A stretch of DNA of 64,000 nt from the NCBI GenBank assembly GCA_030765235.1, contig JAVCCW010000029.1:12939-76938 (forward strand), read 5' to 3'. This document shows positions 39,516 through 48,870 of the stretch, piece by piece; position 1 is the stretch's first letter; every line of letters begins with the position of its first letter. Below the pieces are notes generated by a model. It saw only the letters and a list, made by a program, of their open reading frames with translations. It did no database searches and was not told the origin of the DNA. The position numbers and the translations under genes were made by a program. This DNA comes from Candidatus Gorgyraea atricola (GTDB lineage: Bacteria; Omnitrophota; Gorgyraeia; Gorgyraeales; Gorgyraeaceae).

Positions 39516-40928
39516 ATGTTAAAAGAAAAGGACCAACTTTTTAGAAAATTATTAATACTGTCAGATGTGGCCACTATCTGCGTCTCATTCTTTATTGCTT
39601 ATGCATTGAGACAGAATATAGAGGTGCTTGGAGAACTCTATTCTCCGTCTAAATATCTGAATATACTGGCCCTGGTCTTATTTTCATGGATGTTCGCATT
39701 GCGTTCCACAGGCCTATATGAATCTTTAAGGAGAGAGAATCTATTCGGGATAACGAGTCGTATAATAAAAAGCGCCTTTTTTGTTATGGTGATATCTATA
39801 GGCGCGATATTTATTTTTAAGATGGAATTTGTGAGCAGGACCTTTATATTAAGCCTGCTTCTTGTGACGAGTTTATTTTTGATATTCGAGCGATGGATCG
39901 TAATATCCTCTTTGAGATTTTTTAGGAAAAAGGGTTATAATTTTAGAAATATTTTAGTAGTGGGCACAGGGCCCAGGGCAAAGAATTTTATAGAACTTGT
40001 TCACAGGCATGATGAGTGGGGTCTGAGGATCATAGGTATAATAGACGCTGAGAAAAAGATGCTGGGAAAGACTGTAGCCGGGGAAAAGGTAATAGGACTT
40101 CTAAAGGATATACCAAAGATACTTATTGAAAATGTAGTAGATGAGGCGATGTTTGTAATACCCAGGAAGTGGATACCTATTATAGAAGAAAGTCTTTTGG
40201 CCTGTGAGTTGCAGGGCGTTAAGACCAATCTTGCCGCTGATTTTTTTAACATGAAGATATCAAGCTGGAGCTCCGGCGAGGTCGGAGGCGTACCTACTCT
40301 GGGCTTTCAGACAACAGTTGGTGAAGAATGGCAATTGTTAGTTAAAAGGTTATCTGATATACTATTATCGTTAGCAGGTATGGCGATCACCCTGCCTATT
40401 TTGATAGGAGTAGGTATCGCTATAAAGATTTTTTCGCGAGGGCCTGCGATATTTAAGCAAATAAGAAGCGGCCTTAATGGCAGAAAGTTTGTGATGTATA
40501 AATTCAGGACTATGGTGGATGGCGCAGAAAATGGGATAGACGCGCTTCGCGCCAATAATGAAATGGCCGGGCCTGTATTTAAGATGCGCAAAGATCCACG
40601 TGTCACAAGATTTGGCGAATTTTTACGCAGGTCTAGTCTGGATGAACTACCACAGCTTTTTAATGTATTGAAGGGCGAGATGTCTATAGTAGGCCCGAGA
40701 CCTCCTATACCTAGAGAAGTGGAGAAATACCAGATCTGGCAGAGAAGGCGTCTTAGCATGAAACCAGGACTTACGTGTTTGTGGCAGATAAATGGACGCA
40801 ATAATGTAGACTTTGACGAATGGATGAAGCTGGATTTAGAATATATAGATAATTGGTCATTGAGATTGGATCTGAAGATCTTATTAAAAACAGTACCCGC
40901 GGTGATTTTTTCAGTAGGCGCGAGGTAA
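39516..40928 (+). CDS. Priming undecaprenyl-phosphate glycosylphosphotransferase (WcaJ-like)
   Basis: Four N-terminal TM segments; KFRTM; DPRVT; SLDELPQLFNVLKGEMSIVGPRP; KPGLTCLWQ. Confidence 0.93.
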   Translation: MLKEKDQLFRKLLILSDVATICVSFFIAYALRQNIEVLGELYSPSKYLNILALVLFSWMFALRSTGLYESLRRENLFGITSRIIKSAFFVMVISIGAIFIFKMEFVSRTFILSLLLVTSLFLIFERWIVISSLRFFRKKGYNFRNILVVGTGPRAKNFIELVHRHDEWGLRIIGIIDAEKKMLGKTVAGEKVIGLLKDIPKILIENVVDEAMFVIPRKWIPIIEESLLACELQGVKTNLAADFFNMKISSWSSGEVGGVPTLGFQTTVGEEWQLLVKRLSDILLSLAGMAITLPILIGVGIAIKIFSRGPAIFKQIRSGLNGRKFVMYKFRTMVDGAENGIDALRANNEMAGPVFKMRKDPRVTRFGEFLRRSSLDELPQLFNVLKGEMSIVGPRPPIPREVEKYQIWQRRRLSMKPGLTCLWQINGRNNVDFDEWMKLDLEYIDNWSLRLDLKILLKTVPAVIFSVGAR

Positions 40929-40939
40929 CGGAGGTAGGT

Positions 40940-41503
40940 ATGAAAATGATATTTTCTGTTTTGCTGGTTTCATGTTTTATACTATCAGGTTGTTCATGTC
41001 CTGTTAGCGGCGGGGGTAAGAAGACAGTGGCGCAGGCAGGCAAATACAAGATGAGCGTAGAGGACCTGAAGTACGAGTTAAAGAGTGTGCCTCATGACGA
41101 AACAGCGCTTCTGGATACAGCAGCAGGCAGGGCGCAGTATATAGATAGATTGCTGGAGAAAGAGCTTCTTCTTCAAGAAGCACAGCGTCAGGGTCTGGAC
41201 AGGGAAGGGGATTTCATGAAGAGTATTGAGAGCTACTGGGAGCAGGCGCTTTTAAGACTTTTGCTTGAGAAAAAGAGCAAGGAGATCTCAGGTCTGATCC
41301 ATGTCTATGATAATGAGGTGGAGGAGCATTACAGGGACTCCGGAGAAGACTTGCCTCTTCCAACGGTTCGGGCTGATATAAGAAGGGCTATTAGGCAAGG
41401 AAAAGAGACAGAGGCAATGAGGGCATGGATAAAGGAATTAAGGAAAAAATCATATATAAAGATAAATAAGAAACTTCTGGAAGAAGTACTTTCGAATCGT
41501 TAA
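40940..41503 (+). CDS. SurA-N / PPIase-like periplasmic chaperone lipoprotein
   Basis: Lipobox-like ILSGC; ELLLQEAQRQGLD; WIKELRKKSYIKIN; SD GGAGG before ATG 40940. Confidence 0.7.
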   Translation: MKMIFSVLLVSCFILSGCSCPVSGGGKKTVAQAGKYKMSVEDLKYELKSVPHDETALLDTAAGRAQYIDRLLEKELLLQEAQRQGLDREGDFMKSIESYWEQALLRLLLEKKSKEISGLIHVYDNEVEEHYRDSGEDLPLPTVRADIRRAIRQGKETEAMRAWIKELRKKSYIKINKKLLEEVLSNR

Positions 41504-41531
41504 TTACATGTGTCATTGCGAGCCTCAATTT

Positions 41532-41557
41532 GTAGGCCAGGTTTAAACCTGGCCTAC
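41532..41557. repeat. GTAG-type REP palindrome nested within a GTCATTGC...GCAATGAC element
   Basis: CAATTT-GTAGGCCAGGTTTAAACCTGGCCTAC-AAATTG inside 41511-41572. Confidence 0.9.
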
Positions 41558-41589
41558 AAATTGGGCAATGACAGGCATAGGAGGGGATC

Positions 41590-42189
41590 ATGGCAAAGTA
41601 CAAGCGCAGGAATTATTTCATAAACAAGGGTTTTCAGACAGAGTTTATATTGAAGTTTTGCGTATTGGCGGCTATTGGATGCGTGTTCTTTGGGATAATT
41701 TTATACGCCTTTTCTAGTCGTACGCTTACCACATCTTTCGAGAACTCGAGGCTGGTAGTAAAAAGCACAGCTGATTACATATTACCTGGTTTGTTATTTG
41801 GCGGGCTTATAGTGGGACTTTTATTGGCAATAGCAGCGAGTATTGTAGTGCTTTTCATGACGCATCGGCTCGCGGGACCTATGTACAGGTTTGAAAAATA
41901 TGCCCAGAAGGTCGGTAATGGCGAGCTCGCGCCTGATTTAAAGATAAGAAAGAAAGACCAGTTTCAGAATCTGGTCAGCGCCTTTAATAACATGACCCAG
42001 GGACTAAACGTGGGACTTTTAAAGGTGGTCGGTGTTTCAGAAAAGCTGGACGGCTTAATAGATGAGCTTACAGACAGCTCGAACCAGGAATTGCTGCTCA
42101 AAGAGGACATAAAGAAGATAGTCTCTGAGTTAAAAAAGGATAAAAAGGACCTTAATAACGCACTTTCGTATTTCAAAATAAGCAGGTAG
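41590..42189 (+). CDS. Two-TM HAMP-domain membrane protein
   Basis: RRNYFINKGFQ; THRLAGPMYRF; GEL...IRKKDQFQNL...FNNM. Confidence 0.75.
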   Translation: MAKYKRRNYFINKGFQTEFILKFCVLAAIGCVFFGIILYAFSSRTLTTSFENSRLVVKSTADYILPGLLFGGLIVGLLLAIAASIVVLFMTHRLAGPMYRFEKYAQKVGNGELAPDLKIRKKDQFQNLVSAFNNMTQGLNVGLLKVVGVSEKLDGLIDELTDSSNQELLLKEDIKKIVSELKKDKKDLNNALSYFKISR

Positions 42190-42202
42190 CGTACCAAAGG
42201 TT

Positions 42203-42256
42203 ACCTGTCCAACTTCGTAGGTCGGATTTAAATCCGACCTACGAAGTTGGACAGGT
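42203..42256. repeat. REP variant within a perfect 54-bp palindrome
   Basis: ACCTGTCCAACTTC-GTAGGTCGGATTTAAATCCGACCTAC-GAAGTTGGACAGGT. Confidence 0.85.
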
Positions 42257-42265
42257 CTAAGCCCT

Positions 42266-42829
42266 ATGATTAAAGTTAGAGCTGCTATTATTTTAATTAT
42301 TGCGTGTTTAGCACTTAATATTGCGGATTTTGCGCATTCGCAAGACAGGGAATGGAATATATTCTCGACGAGGTTTTGTACCGTGTTCTATGAAAAGGAT
42401 GTGAATTTGAAGATAGTCAACAGGCGCATCAATCTAAGATTTTCTGATTTTTACAGCGCCAGGGCATACAGGAAAAAGGCGGATATGTCAATGGAGGAGA
42501 TAGTCTCAGACAAACTTGACGCTATATTCATGAAGGTCGAGGACATACTGGACATGTTTCCTTCCAAGGTACACGTTGCCATTAATATCTATAAGACAAA
42601 ACATGGCCTGAACGAGGCATACGAAGACATATTTAACCAGCCAAATACAGCAGTTTCTTTTTATGTTTACAAGACCAATACCATTTACACCACAGAACGC
42701 GCCATAAGACAAGGCCTTCTTGCCCACGAGATGGCCCATTGCATAATAGACCACTACTTCGTCATTTTACCGCCTAAAAAAATCCAGGAAATGCTCGCGA
42801 TCTACGCAGATGTACATCTAAAAGATTAA
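42266..42829 (+). CDS. Secreted protein with a zincin-like HExxH motif
   Basis: Signal peptide; LLAHEMAH...QEMLA. Confidence 0.65.
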   Translation: MIKVRAAIILIIACLALNIADFAHSQDREWNIFSTRFCTVFYEKDVNLKIVNRRINLRFSDFYSARAYRKKADMSMEEIVSDKLDAIFMKVEDILDMFPSKVHVAINIYKTKHGLNEAYEDIFNQPNTAVSFYVYKTNTIYTTERAIRQGLLAHEMAHCIIDHYFVILPPKKIQEMLAIYADVHLKD

Positions 42830-42840
42830 TAAGATTTTGC

Positions 42841-42869
42841 TTGCAAAAGCAGGGCATATCTGGTATACT
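42841..42869 (+). promoter_or_regulatory. sigma70 promoter
   Basis: TTGCAA, 17-bp spacer, TATACT with extended TG. Confidence 0.65.
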
Positions 42870-42906
42870 TATATAAGTATTTAAAAAGTATTTTAAGGAG
42901 GAGCAT

Positions 42907-44343
42907 ATGAGAAAGATAGTATCTATAATAATAGTAGTTAGCATGTTAACGATCGCGTCTGCCATGGCTAAGCAGGATGCAGATGTGTGCCGGACCAGAT
43001 GCAGGCTTGATGAGGGAGTTATCTGTCTTGAGAGAGACCCTTGCGCGCCTGAAAATGAGTATTTATTAAAGGCTGCAAAGAATTGCAGAGAAGAAGCTGT
43101 TGCCAAATATATGCCTATTACGAAGCTGTTGTTCGTAGATATCCTGTCGCAGGTGATACGGCTGGATAAGGAATTTGCCCAGAATGTATATAGACTGAGC
43201 GATGAAGAGAGATATATTTTAAAGGCAGAACTCCTGGATCGTAAAGGCATAGATATGTTTGTCGGTACCAAGCCTTTATCTCCTCTTACAAGAGAAGAGC
43301 TGGCTACAGTATTAAAGAATATAACTGTAGAAAAGTATTTAGGCCTTTCAAGCGGCCTGCCAGGTCAGATGTTTGACCTGAAGAACGCCGAATTTATTGT
43401 GTATGATGTCGAAGTATACGTAGATGAAGGAAAAGGGTTTGAAGTGTGGGAAAGGAAGAAGACCTTTGAAGAGAGTAAATCCAACGCAGAAGACTATGTT
43501 GCAAAGCTTGATTCCTGCGATGACGCAATGGTAGTGTTTGGTGACAATGAAAAGGGCAGGATTCCTGAAGCAGGTTCAAGATTAAAGACAATATATAAGT
43601 TTTTTGGCAGGGATGACGAGATGGTTACAGAATGCGAGATAGCAATGCTTCTGTCTGATCCAGATGTGACAAGGGCATTGAAACAGAAATACAATCCATC
43701 AAGGTTACTTACAAGGGCAAATTTCGTAGACCTTCTTGTAAAGACAAGGCACATAGAAAACCAGCTGCCAAGGCATTATGCTGTTCTTACTGAGAACGAG
43801 ATATATAGACTTCAGACTGAGATACTCCGGAAGCACGGCATTGATATATTTGTAGGCACTGATCCAAGTGAGTTATTGACTCGCGAAGAGCTTGCCAGGG
43901 TGTTGTATGATTCTCCTGTGCAGGAGATCATAGGCATAAGTAATGGTAGTCAAGGCCAGAGTTTTGAGCTCAAGAACGCGGGTTTTGTCATATACGATTT
44001 ACACGCATATGTAGATGAAGAATCCGGGTATGAAGAGTGGTACAAGAAAAAGAGTTTCTTCGAGAGCTCTTTAGCGAGTAAAGATTACGTAGTCAAGCTC
44101 GACTCAGGAAATTACGCGAGTGTTTATTTTGGAGATGATAAAAAAGGCAAGATCCCAGTAGCAAATTCCCCTATAAGGGTGACTTATAGACTTTATGCGC
44201 CTGTTGCGATGATTACAGAGGATGATATTATCTGCGTATTGGGCAGGATAGTCCCTGTAGCCGAGACATATATCCCACCTATGCCCCCTCCTGAATTTCC
44301 GCCGCCCACTAACGGATACGATGATCCTGCTTCACACTTATGA
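42907..44343 (+). CDS. Secreted protein with an internal duplication of an SLH-like helix and a baseplate-wedge-like domain
   Basis: Two copies of GIDxFVGT.P...LTREELA.VL...G.S.G..GQ.F.LKNA.F..YD...YVDE...W...F.ES....DYV.KLDS.....V.FGD..KG.IP...S.....Y; Pro-rich tail. Confidence 0.65.
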   Translation: MRKIVSIIIVVSMLTIASAMAKQDADVCRTRCRLDEGVICLERDPCAPENEYLLKAAKNCREEAVAKYMPITKLLFVDILSQVIRLDKEFAQNVYRLSDEERYILKAELLDRKGIDMFVGTKPLSPLTREELATVLKNITVEKYLGLSSGLPGQMFDLKNAEFIVYDVEVYVDEGKGFEVWERKKTFEESKSNAEDYVAKLDSCDDAMVVFGDNEKGRIPEAGSRLKTIYKFFGRDDEMVTECEIAMLLSDPDVTRALKQKYNPSRLLTRANFVDLLVKTRHIENQLPRHYAVLTENEIYRLQTEILRKHGIDIFVGTDPSELLTREELARVLYDSPVQEIIGISNGSQGQSFELKNAGFVIYDLHAYVDEESGYEEWYKKKSFFESSLASKDYVVKLDSGNYASVYFGDDKKGKIPVANSPIRVTYRLYAPVAMITEDDIICVLGRIVPVAETYIPPMPPPEFPPPTNGYDDPASHL

Positions 44344-45305
44344 GGAGAGCGCGGTTAATTCAGAATATTTGTATATCCTTTCTTAGTTTAGCGATATTTT
44401 TTTCGCTAGGCGAAATCATTACAAGAAAAATCGTTGGCTCCCCATTATTGACAAAGCCGGATAATGTTTTATTCTGGAGATACAAGAAGGGCCAGATTGG
44501 CTGCCAGAAACTATATTCGCCTGTTTCACGAGTTGACAAGAATGGTTTTCGTTATTCAGGCAAGGAGTATGACCCGGCTTTACCGTCGATTTATGTAGGA
44601 GGGGATTCCTATGCCTGGGGAGAAGGCGTTCTGGACAGAGAGACATTTGCAGCCAGTCTTCAGGATTTACTGGATTCGCGCGGCATGCATTATAATGTCC
44701 TTAACGGAGGCGTACCCGGCTATGGTATTGAACAGATCGCTAACAGGATGGAAATAGAGAGCGAAAAATATAATTGTAAATATGCTATATTTTTATGGGT
44801 AGAAGAGGATATAAATAGGCTGAGGGATATTTCTCCTGAAAGAAAGAAAAGATTTCTCAGGGATTACAGGCTGCGTTCGATGTTTCGTTACTCCGCTTTT
44901 TTAAAAATGATAAAAGAGCGGGTGTTTGATAAGTTTTTGCAGAAAGATATAGGCTTTGGTTATTATGGCGATGAAAATCTGGAATACGCAAAGGCTAATT
45001 CATTCGATGAAAAGATCAAGGGCCTGACTCCTAAAATAAGAGATAATGTTCGTTTTCTTAAAGATAGAAATATAATCCCAATGTGGGCATTTATAACCGT
45101 GCCTTCTAAAGAATTTAAAAGCTACCTTAATTTACTGGCGGATGAGCTTTCTGTGAAGTTGATCGATCCAGAGGCAACCTATAGAGGACATTTTCAGGGA
45201 TTAAAAAATATGGCAACTGAGCACAGTGGACATTTTAAGCCGAAGGTCTATAGATTATTAGCCGGAGAACTTTTTGATAGAGCGTTTCAGGGGAGCGACC
45301 AATGA
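44340..45305 (+). CDS. SGNH/GDSL hydrolase-like membrane-anchored protein
   Basis: GGDSYAWG; NGGVPGYG; C-terminal GHF. Confidence 0.7.
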   Translation: MRRARLIQNICISFLSLAIFFSLGEIITRKIVGSPLLTKPDNVLFWRYKKGQIGCQKLYSPVSRVDKNGFRYSGKEYDPALPSIYVGGDSYAWGEGVLDRETFAASLQDLLDSRGMHYNVLNGGVPGYGIEQIANRMEIESEKYNCKYAIFLWVEEDINRLRDISPERKKRFLRDYRLRSMFRYSAFLKMIKERVFDKFLQKDIGFGYYGDENLEYAKANSFDEKIKGLTPKIRDNVRFLKDRNIIPMWAFITVPSKEFKSYLNLLADELSVKLIDPEATYRGHFQGLKNMATEHSGHFKPKVYRLLAGELFDRAFQGSDQ

Positions 45306-46153
45306 CTTTTTGTGAAAGATATTTTCTAGGCTTTGCGAAAAGATTTATTCTAAGGCATGCGTTATTGAAAAGGGCGTGCCTTTTTTTCTTGGTCCAGAAA
45401 CCCGTGACAAGGCTTCTCAAGCCCCCATTTACAAGGACCTCCAAGATAATCGCCATAGATATCACTTATGTCTGCAATCTAAAATGCAATAATTGTGTTC
45501 GCTCCTGTAAGCAGGCCCCGACCAGTCAGCGTATGACTGTCGAGCAAATAAAAAAGTTTATCAAGGAGAGTATTGAAAATAATAACAGATGGGAAAGAAT
45601 ACGACTGATGGGAGGGGAACCAACGCTTCACCCTGACCTTCTTAAGATCGTACAGTTATTACTGGAGTACAAAAAGAAATATTCTCCTGAGGCTGTGATA
45701 GAAGTCGTAACTAATGGCCATGGGAAGACAGTAAATAATATCTTGTCCAAACTTCCAAAAGACATTGAGATCTCTAATTCAGCAAAGGATTCTCCTATGC
45801 AGGAGCATTTTCTTGCCTTTAATATAGCCCCGCGGGACCTTAAACATTATAGATTTGCAGATTATTCAGTGGGCTGCAGGGGCATGACTGTGAGCGGCAT
45901 GGGCCTGACTCCATATGGCTATTATCCCTGCGCGGTATCTGGCGGCATTGACAGGATCTTTGGTTTTAATATCGGCAGAAAGAAATTGCCATTGGATGAC
46001 GATTCCATGAAGGATCAGAGAGAAAAGTTCTGTCAATATTGTGGAAGATTCAGAGGTATGGGCGGATGGGTAAAAGAAGAAGTCATGTCTCCTACCTGGA
46101 AAAATGCCTATGCCAGTTATAAGTCAAAAAAGCCTACCTTGTCGTTGTATTAA
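45302..46153 (+). CDS. Radical SAM protein
   Basis: ITYVCNLKCNNC; MGGEPTLHP; VTNG; C-terminal Cys cluster (YYPC...CQYC). Confidence 0.85.
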   Translation: MTFCERYFLGFAKRFILRHALLKRACLFFLVQKPVTRLLKPPFTRTSKIIAIDITYVCNLKCNNCVRSCKQAPTSQRMTVEQIKKFIKESIENNNRWERIRLMGGEPTLHPDLLKIVQLLLEYKKKYSPEAVIEVVTNGHGKTVNNILSKLPKDIEISNSAKDSPMQEHFLAFNIAPRDLKHYRFADYSVGCRGMTVSGMGLTPYGYYPCAVSGGIDRIFGFNIGRKKLPLDDDSMKDQREKFCQYCGRFRGMGGWVKEEVMSPTWKNAYASYKSKKPTLSLY

Positions 46154-46174
46154 TCCTTTCAATTTATTCAACCC

Positions 46175-46203
46175 TTGAACTCCATAATCTCGTGTGATAC
46201 AAT
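46175..46203 (+). promoter_or_regulatory. sigma70 promoter giving a leaderless histidine-kinase mRNA
   Basis: TTGAAC, 17-bp spacer, TACAAT with extended TG; ATG 46210 lies 7 nt after the -10 box. Confidence 0.6.
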
Positions 46204-46209
46204 CTCCCT

Positions 46210-48870
46210 ATGCGAATAAGTAGAAAGATCGGGATTAGTTTTTTTATAACCTTTCTTCTTGTTATAGTTCTTGGCGCACTTTCCATCTATAGTCTAAGGC
46301 ATACATATAGAGGCTTGAGTCAGGTCTTTGCAAGGGATCTGCCTGCATCCAGGGCTACCTACCAGATAGCCATTTCAATGGAAGGGCTTTTTGCAGAGCT
46401 CAATAATTTTCTAATAACAGGCAATGAGAATTTTAAGATAAGTTATGAAAAGGCCCACAAAGGGATAGAGCGGGATATATCAGCCCTTGAGAGATTTATA
46501 TCTGAAGAGGAAGAGACAGGGCTTTTTGACGAGGCAGAGGATTTAATAGCCCGGATAGACGGAGCTGCGCAGGACATATTTAAGAACAAAAAAGATATAG
46601 ACGCTCTATACAAGGATCTCAGGGCAATAGAGATCACATTCACAAAGAAACTGGACAGCCTTTTTGATTTTGAAGAAAAAAAGATGCAGGATGAGAAGGA
46701 TTTTTTGTTGGTACAGACGCAATATCTCCCTGCATCAGACCTAATAACAGAAGCGCGCTTGAGGTTTTCAAAAGCACTCTCAGACCTTAATGAAGAAGAT
46801 GTCCTGATCCTGGAAAAATCCTTAAGGGATTACAAGAATTACTACGGGTATTCTATTTCTGATAAAGAACGCAGCCTCGCGACTGAACTTATAGAATCCT
46901 CCACTGAAATCAAATCAATTGTCAGCTCGATCAATGATCTTAAGGCTAAGGCAGGCAGTCATGTGGAGTTACTCTTGGCTAAAGGCAAGGATTTTATGGA
47001 GGCGCTGGATAAGATAATCGCGCTTAAGAAAAGTGGCATTTCTTCAAAACTGGGAGTAGGCGCTGCGCTTACAGAGGATATACCAGCCATACATAATATT
47101 TCCAAGATAGAAAAGGATCTGGCAGAGTCGTGGAGGGCAAGCAGTAGATATATATTGACTGGTGATGAAACATATATAGCCCACTATCATCAGCTTAGAC
47201 AGAATATAGATAAGGCTCTTAAGGATTATGGCCGTCATGCGCGGCTTAGGGGTACAGAGAGATTTTTAGATGATATCCTGGAATCAGATAACGCTATTTT
47301 AAAGCTTATAGATTCTAACACGGCACTCTTTGACAAGAAACAGGATAGCCTTTCAGAGTTTTTGTCTATAGCTTCAGAGATCGAGAGCAAGATAGATGGG
47401 CTCTTGGCTGAAAAGGATTCTTTGATAAAAGAGGCAGAGGACCCGCAGGATATTTTAGAGAAACATGTGCCTGCGAGGTGGATGTTGATGCGTCTTAAGG
47501 ATGAGCTTGCGGGCGCGTCCAGGCTTATCATGGATTATTTAGATGAACAGGAATTAAAGTACAAGGACCAGTATTCAGAATCATATTTTGATATGAAAAA
47601 ATACATGAATAGATACAGGAATCTTTCTAAGGGGCGCGCTGATTCTGTGTTTATAAAAGAGATAGAGCTAAAGCTGGACAGCTTTAATAGCGCTGTCTTG
47701 GGTGTTATTGATAGTCACGATAGCATTATGAAGGAGCGCGGGTGGACCCTTATAGAATTACAGGATGATCTAAAGGATAGTTTAGCCAAGGCAGTGGAGG
47801 CAGAGATCAGTCAGATCGAGAAGAATAAAAAAGACCTTACGAATAGGATAAGGACTATCAACATCGTGATATTTATCATAATAGGCGTAGTGGCCTTTAT
47901 AGCAGTGTTTGTTATTTTCTACACCACGAGCTCCATAACAAATCCTATTCAGGCGCTTTACAGCGGCGCTGGCATCATAGGTAAGGGCAATCTGGACCAT
48001 CGATTGAACATAAAAACAGGTGATGAGATACAGGATCTTGCAGAAGGATTTAACACAATGGCAGGGGAGCTCAAGGAGCTCTATACAAATTTAGAGAACA
48101 AGGTAAAGGAGAGGACCGCTCAGCTGGGAGAGGCAAACAAGACCCTTGTTTTCAAGAAAGATGAATTAGAGAAGATCAATTCTAAGCTTAAAGATCTGGA
48201 CAGGATGAAGTCAGACTTTGTGGCAAACGTAGTGCATGAATTAAGGACGCCGCTTACCCTGATAACAGGCAATTTAGATAATATTGATAAAGGTTTTGCA
48301 GGGAAAGTCCAACCAAAACAACAGGAGATATTGGGTGACGTGTTCAGAGTCGTAAACAGGCTTGCGAGGCTTGTGAATAACCTTCTGGATCTATCCAAGA
48401 TCGAATCAGGCAAAATGTCACTCAAAAAGGAAACCCTGGACGTGGTAAAACTGGCAAAAGGAGTCCTTAAAGAATTTGATAGTGTAGCCAGGAAAAAGAA
48501 TGTGGACCTAAAACGAGAATTTCCTGATAAGGCCGTTAGCATCAAGGCAGACGAGGATAAATTGACACAGGTCTTCGTGAATCTTGTAGGGAATGCCCTG
48601 AAGTTCACTGACAAGGGAGGCGTTACTGTAAAGATCGCCGAATTGCAGGATGAGGTGCAGGTGGAGATCCAGGACACTGGCCCGGGCATGACAAAAGAAG
48701 AGTGCGAGAAGATTTTTGATAAATTCGTAAGAGTTGTCGCAGAGAAAAAAGAGGGCACAGGTCTTGGCCTTCCAATAGCAAAGGACATAGTAATGCTTCA
48801 CAAAGGCCGCATGAGAGTAGAAAGCGCTCCAGGTAAAGGTTCAACCTTCATCTTCAACCTACCAAAGTAA
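46210..48870 (+). CDS. Sensor histidine kinase with a large repeated periplasmic helical sensor, HAMP, HisKA and HATPase
   Basis: Two TM segments; HELRTPL; NLVGNALKFT; DTGPGM; GTGLGL; GKGSTF. Confidence 0.93.
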   Translation: MRISRKIGISFFITFLLVIVLGALSIYSLRHTYRGLSQVFARDLPASRATYQIAISMEGLFAELNNFLITGNENFKISYEKAHKGIERDISALERFISEEEETGLFDEAEDLIARIDGAAQDIFKNKKDIDALYKDLRAIEITFTKKLDSLFDFEEKKMQDEKDFLLVQTQYLPASDLITEARLRFSKALSDLNEEDVLILEKSLRDYKNYYGYSISDKERSLATELIESSTEIKSIVSSINDLKAKAGSHVELLLAKGKDFMEALDKIIALKKSGISSKLGVGAALTEDIPAIHNISKIEKDLAESWRASSRYILTGDETYIAHYHQLRQNIDKALKDYGRHARLRGTERFLDDILESDNAILKLIDSNTALFDKKQDSLSEFLSIASEIESKIDGLLAEKDSLIKEAEDPQDILEKHVPARWMLMRLKDELAGASRLIMDYLDEQELKYKDQYSESYFDMKKYMNRYRNLSKGRADSVFIKEIELKLDSFNSAVLGVIDSHDSIMKERGWTLIELQDDLKDSLAKAVEAEISQIEKNKKDLTNRIRTINIVIFIIIGVVAFIAVFVIFYTTSSITNPIQALYSGAGIIGKGNLDHRLNIKTGDEIQDLAEGFNTMAGELKELYTNLENKVKERTAQLGEANKTLVFKKDELEKINSKLKDLDRMKSDFVANVVHELRTPLTLITGNLDNIDKGFAGKVQPKQQEILGDVFRVVNRLARLVNNLLDLSKIESGKMSLKKETLDVVKLAKGVLKEFDSVARKKNVDLKREFPDKAVSIKADEDKLTQVFVNLVGNALKFTDKGGVTVKIAELQDEVQVEIQDTGPGMTKEECEKIFDKFVRVVAEKKEGTGLGLPIAKDIVMLHKGRMRVESAPGKGSTFIFNLPK

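Noticed and set aside
42907-44343. Prophage or contractile injection system locus
   Set aside because: Only baseplate-like motifs in one secreted protein; no sheath, tube, spike or capsid genes nearby.
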